Virus record (IMG/VR): IMGVR_UViG_3300025872_000001
DNA from: a virus
Direction: 5' to 3' (one strand)
Length of the DNA stretch: 64,000 nt
Below the pieces are notes generated by a model. It had not been told where the DNA came from. It searched no databases and was given only the letters and a program-made list of their open reading frames with translations. Shown here piece by piece: positions 19,398 through 27,611 of the stretch. The position numbers were made by a program, and so were the translations under genes. How positions within the stretch are numbered: the stretch's first letter is position 1; every line of letters starts with the position of its first letter.

Positions 19398-20909
19398 TTA
19401 TGAGCTTATTGAATATTCTTCTGTACCAGGGAAGCCGCCGAATGGCAAATAATCTTGATTTCCAAATCTTAATCTGCATCCATCTATTGTTTTAGAGCAT
19501 TGATCTCCAGCCCAATGCTCTTTATTAAATGCGGGATGTTTTGCTCCGGTTGCGACATGAGTTTTGGCGCAAATATAAAATTTATACAATGGACTCCAAT
19601 TAGGATTTTCGTTTATATTTTTTTTAGCAACTTTAATATTTGTATTTTCAATGTAAACATATTCGCCAACTTTATAAGTTGCCCCATTTTGCCATCTACC
19701 ACGATTTAAACCGTCATTTAAAGCATCGTTGTTTAAACTTACCCAAGAAGAAATTTGACAAGAGTTAAAAAATCTTTCAGAAGTTGTTAATAAATTTTGT
19801 TCTCCCAAATCGTAATAAAATCTAGAAAAAGGAATGACTGCCCAACTTGAAGTGGTAACAGATGGCACTTTATAATAAACATTTAAACCATAACCTGGTC
19901 CTTCATGCTCGCGATGTCTTATGAAAATTCTATGATATCCCGCAGATAATGATACTGAGCCTTGCGTCCCTTTTGGAAGCACAGTTCCATTCGCAGGTCC
20001 AGGGCCATAATCAAAAGCAATTAATTTCCCATTTATCCACAGTTCCGCAGCATCATCTGGATTAAGACCAAATTCATAAACACCAGCTTGATCTACGTCA
20101 ACTTTAAAATAACCTATAAATTCATTTGCAGAATTAACAGTGCTTGAAACATTAAATGCTGACGCGATAGATTCAGACCCAGAAGTAAATGTAGCATTTG
20201 TGATTATACTTGTAAAAGTTGATGCTGTTGGCGTAACTCCACCAGCATTTGTATAATATCTTTTCAAAAGCCCAGCTTTAAAATCTAAGGCTTTTCTAAG
20301 GCGCATATCGTTTTCGTCAGCAACTGGCGGTCCCATATACCTACATCCATTGCCTCTGTAATGAAAAGAACAATATCTTGCCATTACTGTTCTTTTTGGG
20401 AAATTGACATTCTCTAACTCAAGTGGCGAAGCTAATTCAAATTCGACCAAAGCTCTACTTTCAGCCGACCTTCTTAGAATAAAAAACACCTGATCTTCTA
20501 ATCCAGCAGTAGAGTCTGCTGAACCGTATGGATTTTGATTATTAGAGAAATTTTGGTTATCTAGAAACTTAACAAAAGTTCTTTTTCTTACTATTTTGGC
20601 CCCAACTAAGTTGCTATAACGACGAATTAAGTTAGAAACGAAGAAATCTTGATTAGAAATGGACAATTTGGGTCTTGGTAAAGTACCATCTCCTTTACTT
20701 TCAAAACCCGAACTTTGTATTGGAAATGGCAGATACTCAACGCCTTGCCAATAAATCGACCCTCCTATACCGTTGGTGCCACCATGAACATAAAGTTTAT
20801 CGTCAGGTCTATTAATGTAATCATAGTAAATAACAAAAAACTCCAACAAAGCTGTTGGTTCCAGCGAAAAAAGCTCCGCATTAACTTTTTGATTAGAAGC
20901 CCTTGACAT
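19398..20909 (-). CDS. Minor tail protein L-like with PA14 insertion
   Basis: IYWQGVEY..FPIQSSGFE, LPRPKL, FELASPLE, CSFHYRGNGC...DQCSKTIDGCRLRF, LPFGGFPG. Confidence 0.9.
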   Translation of the reverse strand: MSRASNQKVNAELFSLEPTALLEFFVIYYDYINRPDDKLYVHGGTNGIGGSIYWQGVEYLPFPIQSSGFESKGDGTLPRPKLSISNQDFFVSNLIRRYSNLVGAKIVRKRTFVKFLDNQNFSNNQNPYGSADSTAGLEDQVFFILRRSAESRALVEFELASPLELENVNFPKRTVMARYCSFHYRGNGCRYMGPPVADENDMRLRKALDFKAGLLKRYYTNAGGVTPTASTFTSIITNATFTSGSESIASAFNVSSTVNSANEFIGYFKVDVDQAGVYEFGLNPDDAAELWINGKLIAFDYGPGPANGTVLPKGTQGSVSLSAGYHRIFIRHREHEGPGYGLNVYYKVPSVTTSSWAVIPFSRFYYDLGEQNLLTTSERFFNSCQISSWVSLNNDALNDGLNRGRWQNGATYKVGEYVYIENTNIKVAKKNINENPNWSPLYKFYICAKTHVATGAKHPAFNKEHWAGDQCSKTIDGCRLRFGNQDYLPFGGFPGTEEYSISS

Positions 20910-20939
20910 TTCCTTTTACCCTTAGATTATATTACACTC

Positions 20940-21422
20940 ATGGCTTTAAAAAACAAGATAAAAGTAGACTCATTTATCGTTGATAAGGTAAGAACCACCG
21001 ATATAACTCAGATATTGAGGCTTGCTGTGTTAGCTCAATCGTCTTTTGGTATAACCGACAAATCTGCTCCAACAGTATTTTTATATGAAAATAGCAACCT
21101 AATACGCAGAAATATGGATTTTTCCTTTGTTTTTCGAAATAGGATTGGTAATGTATTCGCGGCATTTATAATTGAACCTCAAACAACTGTTTCCGCTGAA
21201 TTAAAATTAGTTCTAACGGACCCAGATGTTCTTCACACTAAACTTCTTTACGATGAAGTTTATAAAAGTCTAGACTCAACCGGATTTAAAATGTTTTTTG
21301 TTAAGGTATATAAAAAACGTAAAAAAATTGATGCCTATTTAAAATATTTAAAAATTTATGGTTTCAATGAAACCTTAGAAGAAAATGATGAATTTGTGAC
21401 TGTGTGCCGCAAAAAGTCTTGA
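20940..21422 (+). CDS. Hypothetical protein, possibly GNAT fold
   Basis: 160 aa ORF; C-terminal YLKYLKIYGF. Confidence 0.45.
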   Translation: MALKNKIKVDSFIVDKVRTTDITQILRLAVLAQSSFGITDKSAPTVFLYENSNLIRRNMDFSFVFRNRIGNVFAAFIIEPQTTVSAELKLVLTDPDVLHTKLLYDEVYKSLDSTGFKMFFVKVYKKRKKIDAYLKYLKIYGFNETLEENDEFVTVCRKKS

Positions 21423-21453
21423 CATTTTATTTACCTCTGGCACATTACTGGTA
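21419..21453 (+). promoter_or_regulatory. Sigma70-type leaderless promoter
   Basis: TTGACA-N16-CACATT-N7-ATG(21454). Confidence 0.6.
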
Positions 21454-21831
21454 ATGAAGTTCGAAAGGCTAATTCAACTTGCCAGAAATCTCATTATCTA
21501 TGACGATATTGAGCTTCGCTGCCGACACTTTGCATTTATTCTAAATAAGAATAAAATTGTTTCGATTGGCAAGAACTCCAAGAAATCGCACCCAATCAAC
21601 CAAAAATACGGTTATTTTGATGGTAGCGGACTTCACGCAGAGGCTTGTGCGGTAATCAAATCTGGCAAGATTGATCACACCAAACATACATTAGTTACAT
21701 TTCGTATTGACAGAAACGATAAGGTTGCTATGGGTAAGCCATGCAAATACTGCGAAAAGCTGTTGAAAGATGTGGCTTTCAAAGAAATATTCTATTCAAA
21801 TGAGCGAGGCGAATTCGAAAAATCCAAATAG
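21454..21831 (+). CDS. Cytidine/dCMP deaminase-fold protein
   Basis: HAE and PCKYC zinc-binding motifs. Confidence 0.8.
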   Translation: MKFERLIQLARNLIIYDDIELRCRHFAFILNKNKIVSIGKNSKKSHPINQKYGYFDGSGLHAEACAVIKSGKIDHTKHTLVTFRIDRNDKVAMGKPCKYCEKLLKDVAFKEIFYSNERGEFEKSK

Positions 21832-22123
21832 ATTAGATGATGGTTTCGGTAATATCTGGTACAAATGCAACCTCAATGAAGATTGTGGCTTGCATATTGT
21901 ACGACCCGGCAAATCCCAATGCTGGTGCGACTCTATCGAAAAACTCTATTATGAATTTGATCTTGAGCGTTTTGGTTGGGCTGGCGACGGCTGGTACTTC
22001 TGGAATGATAATAGAAACATTTGTTATGGACCATACTCAAGTGAAGAAAACGCAAAGCGCCAATTTCTTAAATATTTAAAATTACTAGACAATGAACATT
22101 CTGATAATCGAAGCGACCAGTAA
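21800..22123 (+). CDS. Hypothetical protein
   Basis: Cys/Trp-rich ORF (GWYFW...GPYSSEENA) overlapping both neighbours. Confidence 0.55.
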   Translation: MSEANSKNPNRLDDGFGNIWYKCNLNEDCGLHIVRPGKSQCWCDSIEKLYYEFDLERFGWAGDGWYFWNDNRNICYGPYSSEENAKRQFLKYLKLLDNEHSDNRSDQ

Positions 22124-23084
22124 GCGAAAGCCTCTTGCAGAAGACTACAGTGATACATCTATTGTTCACTGTCGCAATAGTCTCATTTTGAAGAAGGCTT
22201 TGGGCGCAGACCTTCTCGACGGCGAATACTTCTTGCCAGAGGTATTAAAGAAACAGTACGATGTTATCATCTGCTGCTATGCTTCGCCTTATATGCCTCA
22301 CGTTCCTTATCGTCAAGTTCTAGAAAAGAACCCAAAGGCTCGTTACATCTGGTTGGTAAACGATCACGATGTTGAAGATAATCAGCTTTTGCGTTGGGGC
22401 ATTCAGAACATGGGATTGAGTTATGATATGATTTGCAATAATCCCAGAGAAGGTTATCGTCATTGGATCTTAAACAAGAACATTGCTGGTAAAAAACTTA
22501 ATGACTTTATTAACAAGTGGCTTACTGTTAATTTAAATTCATTAATTATGGACGACACTAGAACGCCAGTTGACATTTCAAATAAGAATGGCGTTATTTA
22601 TTATGGTACTTATCGTAAATGGCGCGCCGATTCATTTCAAAAGTTTTTGACTGAAGGAGTATTTCTTTCTGCGTCCAATAAGAATTGGAAGAAGTTCGAA
22701 GCTCTTGGCTGCAAATGCAACTACATACCAAAACTTGAGTGGCAAAAGAACAATGAGGATTTGCGCAAATTTAAATATTCAATTTATATTGAAGATGAAC
22801 ATACTCATACTCATTATGCTTTTCTTGCCAACCGCTTTTACGAATCTCTCATGTCTGATGTCGTGATGTTATTTGATGCCGACTGCTCCAATACAATCAA
22901 GCAGTGTGGTTATGTTATTCCAGAGTGCGTTATCGTTGACGATAGCAAACTTAAAAATGGTATAAATAATTATGCAAATTCTCTTGCCTTTCAAACTAAT
23001 CTGATGTATCAACAGACATTCTTCTCTCAAGCGATGGACGAAAAGACTACCGCAATCAATCAAATAAAAGAATTCATCAAATGA
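22092..23084 (+). CDS. GT-B glycosyltransferase resembling T4 DNA beta-glucosyltransferase
   Basis: VIYYGTYR and NRFYESLMSDVVMLFD resemble T4 BGT motifs (recalled, not aligned). Confidence 0.55.
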   Translation: MNILIIEATSKRKPLAEDYSDTSIVHCRNSLILKKALGADLLDGEYFLPEVLKKQYDVIICCYASPYMPHVPYRQVLEKNPKARYIWLVNDHDVEDNQLLRWGIQNMGLSYDMICNNPREGYRHWILNKNIAGKKLNDFINKWLTVNLNSLIMDDTRTPVDISNKNGVIYYGTYRKWRADSFQKFLTEGVFLSASNKNWKKFEALGCKCNYIPKLEWQKNNEDLRKFKYSIYIEDEHTHTHYAFLANRFYESLMSDVVMLFDADCSNTIKQCGYVIPECVIVDDSKLKNGINNYANSLAFQTNLMYQQTFFSQAMDEKTTAINQIKEFIK

Positions 23085-23356
23085 AATTTATAGCCCGATT
23101 CGTTATCCCAAACGTATCCGCTCAAAAAACGGGTATTGACACTACTAAAACCTATATCTCTGACATTGGAAGTCATAAAGCCTTGCGTAATTTTGTTGTG
23201 ATAACTTCTTTTGATTTAGAAAGGCCAATCTTGATGGAAGTATCGGAGTTTGAATATCTTGAAGATAGAATTGTATTTCGTGGCTGGCTAAATTATAATT
23301 ATACTGGTGAATCTTATTTATGCAAAGGCGCAGTTGAATTAAGATCATTTCTATGA
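23081..23356 (+). CDS. Hypothetical protein
   Basis: ATGA overlaps on both sides. Confidence 0.6.
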   Translation: MKFIARFVIPNVSAQKTGIDTTKTYISDIGSHKALRNFVVITSFDLERPILMEVSEFEYLEDRIVFRGWLNYNYTGESYLCKGAVELRSFL

Positions 23357-23580
23357 AATATTATAAGCCATTATGTACGTTTGAAGTAATTGCCGATAAT
23401 TATTATTATGGAGCAAAATCTCAAAAAGTTTTTCTTTACAAAGATCAAACGTTTAGCGTTTGGAACAAACAAAAAGATATGTTTGATTCTGAGTGCGAAC
23501 ATTGGGCTACTTATGATGGCTGGCTTCTTAAAATAGAGCGTCATCATTTAGCGCATCTTGAGGAAGTTAATAGTTTATGA
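23353..23580 (+). CDS. Hypothetical protein
   Basis: ATGA-coupled ORF. Confidence 0.6.
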   Translation: MKYYKPLCTFEVIADNYYYGAKSQKVFLYKDQTFSVWNKQKDMFDSECEHWATYDGWLLKIERHHLAHLEEVNSL

Positions 23581-24260
23581 TGACCATCAAAGAACAGGAA
23601 GATAAAGTTTTTGAAGAGATTACGAAAGTAAAATCTGAAATGGAAACAATTGTAGGCTTTAAGGTCACAAAGACTAATTTTAAAAAGGCCATCATTGAGA
23701 TGACAAAGAGGGCGGCGAATAAAGGTGATGTTTTATCTCAGTTATCCCCAGAGTCCCAAGAGAAGATCCAAAACTTCTTTTCTGTTTGTCAGCAATTTCT
23801 TGGCGAAGTTATTTGGCAAAATATAACTGATAAAAATATTAAGATTTATATTTCATATAAAGATAAGCCTTTAACTTCGTGGAATATTCCAATAGATGTG
23901 TTTTGTGGGAAACAAGAAGCGTATGACTTATCTCTCGCTATGATGGCAAAGAGTTTAACAGATTGCTTCTGGGCTTATTTTATATCTCCCACTCTTAGAG
24001 AAGCTGTAATGCAAGGAGACGAAACGGCAGTTAAAGCTATTTATCAATCTTTTAGCCGACCATCTATGGCGTCTGCCTTGAATAATCTTATAATGCTAAA
24101 AGAAAACTTTCCTGATTTTTATGAACACATTACCACCAAACTCGACATTATGACTGTTGAGAATATGGAGGAATTTATTAATAATAAAAATGAGCCTAGA
24201 AAAAGCAATAAAGCACGGCAAGGAAAAAAGAAAACCATATCAAGGATCAAAAAGGTTTGA
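23577..24260 (+). CDS. Hypothetical protein
   Basis: 227 aa ATGA-coupled ORF. Confidence 0.7.
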   Translation: MMTIKEQEDKVFEEITKVKSEMETIVGFKVTKTNFKKAIIEMTKRAANKGDVLSQLSPESQEKIQNFFSVCQQFLGEVIWQNITDKNIKIYISYKDKPLTSWNIPIDVFCGKQEAYDLSLAMMAKSLTDCFWAYFISPTLREAVMQGDETAVKAIYQSFSRPSMASALNNLIMLKENFPDFYEHITTKLDIMTVENMEEFINNKNEPRKSNKARQGKKKTISRIKKV

Positions 24261-24384
24261 TCGGACTTGCAGGAATCATGGTTCTTGCAAGTACTGCGAA
24301 AACAATAGATTACATTCTTCAAAAAGAAGAAGGCGTTCTGCTGATGAGCAGTTAGAGGAATATTTTGACGATCAAAGCGATTAA
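24190..24384 (+). CDS. Small basic Cys/His protein
   Basis: MSLEKAIKHGKEKRKPY...CRNHGSCKYC. Confidence 0.6.
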   Translation: MSLEKAIKHGKEKRKPYQGSKRFDRTCRNHGSCKYCENNRLHSSKRRRRSADEQLEEYFDDQSD

Positions 24385-24396
24385 ATAAATTGTGTA

Positions 24397-24861
24397 ATGT
24401 ATATTGTGAAAACTATCACATGTATATTACAAAGCTGCTTGCTTTTCACTAGCTTATGTGCTAGTGATATGGTTCATTCTTTCAAGTCTCCAGCATTCAA
24501 TGGAGTAAACTTTTCTGGTCACGCTATTACAATTGAAAACCTAGCTAGAACTAGAAAACAGTCAATAAAAGATATTGCTAAGTCTGAACTTGAGCAAGAA
24601 AAAATATTAGCCCAAAATACACCATTAAATAATTTTATAAATAACTTACAGGCAAGGATTTACTCTCAACTTGCCTCTCAAGTTACAGATCAAATTTTTA
24701 ATGCTGGAGGCGCCAATTTTGGCATCATTAATTTACAAGGAGGAGCAACCGTTACATGGCAAAAAAACGGAGATATGGTTACTCTTTTCATTGTTGACCC
24801 CGCCACAGGAAACACAACCCAAATACAAGTTCCTGTTGGCGTCTTAGCTCCAACTCCTTAA
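24397..24861 (+). CDS. csgF: Curli assembly protein CsgF-like (start may be GTG 24406)
   Basis: Signal peptide, then SDMVHSFKSPAFNG; FINNLQARIYSQL; IVDPATGNTTQIQVP; directly upstream of csgG. Confidence 0.8.
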   Translation: MYIVKTITCILQSCLLFTSLCASDMVHSFKSPAFNGVNFSGHAITIENLARTRKQSIKDIAKSELEQEKILAQNTPLNNFINNLQARIYSQLASQVTDQIFNAGGANFGIINLQGGATVTWQKNGDMVTLFIVDPATGNTTQIQVPVGVLAPTP

Positions 24862-25664
24862 TGAGATGGCTGGCAAGCCTCTTATTGCTTAGTTTAGTTG
24901 GATGTGCGTCTCTGCCAGAGAGACCAAATATCATAACTTTACCTAAATTGCAGACTTCTCCGCTTGAGGAGCAGCTTAAAAATTTACCTACGCCAGATAA
25001 CCCCAGAATGACAATCGCAGTTTATGCGTTTGCCGATAAAACTGGACAGCGCAAGACAGTTGATGCTTATGCTTCCTTTTCGTCAGCCGTAACTCAGGGT
25101 GCAGAAAGTTGGCTGATAGATGCATTGCGAATTGCAGGAGATGGCAAATGGTTCCAAGTTTTGGAACGCTCTAATCTAGATAATGTTATAAGAGAACGCC
25201 AACTTATAAATCAAACTAGAGAATCATTTCAAGGCAAAGACGCAGAAAAACTTATGCCGATGTTATTTGCTGGCATAATTGCAGAAGGAGGAATAATTGG
25301 CTACGATACTAATATTTTAACTGGTGGTGCCGGTGCCAGCCTTCTTGGTATATCTGGCAGCACTCAATATCGCAAAGATGTTGTAACTGTTTCATTACGA
25401 TTTGTCAGCGTTCAAACTGGCGAAATCATTCTGAGCGTTGCAGTTACAAAAACAATTTCCAGTGTGGCAGCTTCGGGCAACTTGTTTAAGTTCTATGAAC
25501 ATGGAGTAACTCCAGCGGAATCAGAGCTTGGTTTCACTGCAAACGAACCCAATACTATTGCGGTTAGAAGTGCGATAGAACAAGCAGTAATAGAAATCAT
25601 TAAACAAGGTCAAGAGTGTAAACTTTGGAAACTAAAACCTCAACCCCAAAACAATGAAAAATAA
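24861..25664 (+). CDS. csgG: Curli secretion channel lipoprotein CsgG
   Basis: Lipobox LVGC; AVYAFADKTGQRK, FSSAVTQGA, WFQVLER, EGGIIGYDTN..TGGAGA, QYRKDVVTVSLR. Confidence 0.92.
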   Translation: MRWLASLLLLSLVGCASLPERPNIITLPKLQTSPLEEQLKNLPTPDNPRMTIAVYAFADKTGQRKTVDAYASFSSAVTQGAESWLIDALRIAGDGKWFQVLERSNLDNVIRERQLINQTRESFQGKDAEKLMPMLFAGIIAEGGIIGYDTNILTGGAGASLLGISGSTQYRKDVVTVSLRFVSVQTGEIILSVAVTKTISSVAASGNLFKFYEHGVTPAESELGFTANEPNTIAVRSAIEQAVIEIIKQGQECKLWKLKPQPQNNEK

Positions 25665-26460
25665 ACTAATCGCGTTGTTTGTAACGTTGGTTTCCCTCGC
25701 TTTCGGGCAAAACCAACTTTACGTCAACCAGATCACAACCTCGGGAAATACAACCTTTGTACAGGTTGGATCTCTCAATAAAGTAGGTTCGTCTCAAACA
25801 CCCAGCAACATCACTGGAGACAATATCCTTTTCGAAATGAGACAAATGGGAAACAACAATACAACTGATTTCTCAATCATCGATGCCAACAATCTAAAAT
25901 TAGTTTCAGTATTCAATGGCAATACAAATACTCAAAAAATCTTTATGAGCGGCGCAAATAACAATATGAATTTACTGTTTAATGGAAACAATAATTCATT
26001 TCTGCTTAATAAAGATGTGACTGTTGACCATACATCCGATTCGGATACAACAAAAGCTACTGTTAGTTACAGCGACTTCAAGTTCAACGTAACTGGCAGT
26101 TCAAACGTATTTAAATTCGGCATTGAGAACGGCAAATATAATTATATTGATTATGAAGTAACTGGTAGCTCAAATACTATTAAATCTACCCAGATCGGTT
26201 TAGTAGCCGGTGGCTCAACAGCTAAAGATGGTCATGAACAAACTGTTACAATTACAGGTGGTTCTAATGATTTGACCATTTACCAAGCTGGATTGGAGAA
26301 ACAACTTTTTAATTATAATTTAACTGGTAGCAACAATACAGTTCGCATTGTTCAAACCACCACAGCATACTCACCATTAATGACGTTAAATACAAATAAT
26401 CAAAATGGTGTAGCTGGAGCGGCACAAACAACAGCGACAATTGTTCCTCCGACTAATTAA
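25654..26460 (+). CDS. Curlin-repeat secreted protein (CsgA/B-like)
   Basis: Signal peptide and many x-G-x-x-N repeats (QMGNNN, FNGNTN, MSGANN, VTGSSN, ITGGSN, LTGSNN); Asn/Gln/Thr-rich. Confidence 0.75.
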   Translation: MKNKLIALFVTLVSLAFGQNQLYVNQITTSGNTTFVQVGSLNKVGSSQTPSNITGDNILFEMRQMGNNNTTDFSIIDANNLKLVSVFNGNTNTQKIFMSGANNNMNLLFNGNNNSFLLNKDVTVDHTSDSDTTKATVSYSDFKFNVTGSSNVFKFGIENGKYNYIDYEVTGSSNTIKSTQIGLVAGGSTAKDGHEQTVTITGGSNDLTIYQAGLEKQLFNYNLTGSNNTVRIVQTTTAYSPLMTLNTNNQNGVAGAAQTTATIVPPTN

Positions 26461-27611
26461 TGAAAATAGCCGCTATATTTTTATTAGCGGCTTTATCTTG
26501 CTTCGCCTCTTCTGGTCAACTTACTGAAATAACTGGTCCGACGCAAATAACTAGAAAGAGCGAAAAAATCGAAGGTAAAGTCAGCGTTGGCGTCGAAATG
26601 AACGACGTAATAGAAACATTGCGAGGCCGCGCTGGCATTACTTTTGAAGACAATACTAAAGTTCAGATCACAGAATTTTCCAAGTTGAGGATAGACGAGT
26701 TTGTCTATGACCCCGCCAGTGGTAAAGGCAAACTGAATATGAAAGCAACATCTGGCACAGTTAGATATGCGTCAGGTCTAATAGCAAAGAATAGCAGAGA
26801 AAATATAAAAGTCCAAACTCCTACCGCAGTTGTTTCGGTTAGAGGTACAGACTTTTCAATGACAGTATCGGAGGACGGCAAGAGTTTAATTGTTCTTTTG
26901 CCGTCCATTCCGTTAGCATCTGGCATCAAGCCTGTCGTTGGTTCTATTGAAGTTGAAAATGCTGCTGGTAAAGTTGTTATGACACAACCATATCAGGCAA
27001 CCTTTGTCAACTCTAGTTTTAACGCTCCAACCGCTCCCGTCATTTTAAATTTCCAAGACGAATCGAAGATCAACAATATGATATTGCTTGAATCGCCCAA
27101 GTCAGTTACCCAAGGCAGTAAAGTGACCAAAAAGGAAACAAAAGAGAAAACTGATGACGGAAAGAAAGATGACGAGCCAAATAAAAAGAAAGAAACTAAA
27201 ACAGAGGTAGCTCAGGTAGAAAAGCCTAGCGAAGCTCCAGCGGAAACAGTTGTTGCACAAAATACACAGACTGAAACGCCAACTCAAGTTCCAGAAACTA
27301 AACTGGATATTAATGCAATCCAGCCGCAAGTTGTGCAAGCTGCGGCGGAAGAAGCAGTGGCAAAATCAACTCAACCTGCAACCCCAGCAGTTACAATAGC
27401 GCAACCCACCGCAACTTTAACTACAAACTTAGCTGTTAGCAAAGGATTTAAATCTAACGATGGCAAAACTGCCACACTTGAATTGCGAACAGAAAAAAGC
27501 GTAATAGTCTATACTGCTAGACTCAGCGACAACGTAAGCGTCAACGTCAACGGTGAGCCTTATGTATTAAATTTCGGAGAAAAATCAAAAGTAAACATTA
27601 CTCAAAAATGA
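26460..27611 (+). CDS. Secreted FecR-domain protein
   Basis: Signal peptide; ITFEDNTKVQITEFSKL, IKVQTPTAVVSVRGTDF, VVGSIEV; K/E/P/T-rich linker. Confidence 0.85.
   Translation: MKIAAIFLLAALSCFASSGQLTEITGPTQITRKSEKIEGKVSVGVEMNDVIETLRGRAGITFEDNTKVQITEFSKLRIDEFVYDPASGKGKLNMKATSGTVRYASGLIAKNSRENIKVQTPTAVVSVRGTDFSMTVSEDGKSLIVLLPSIPLASGIKPVVGSIEVENAAGKVVMTQPYQATFVNSSFNAPTAPVILNFQDESKINNMILLESPKSVTQGSKVTKKETKEKTDDGKKDDEPNKKKETKTEVAQVEKPSEAPAETVVAQNTQTETPTQVPETKLDINAIQPQVVQAAAEEAVAKSTQPATPAVTIAQPTATLTTNLAVSKGFKSNDGKTATLELRTEKSVIVYTARLSDNVSVNVNGEPYVLNFGEKSKVNITQK

Noticed and set aside
9120-20909. Diversity-generating retroelement acting on the tail genes
   Set aside because: No reverse transcriptase and no adenine-variable nucleotide repeat pair were seen in the window
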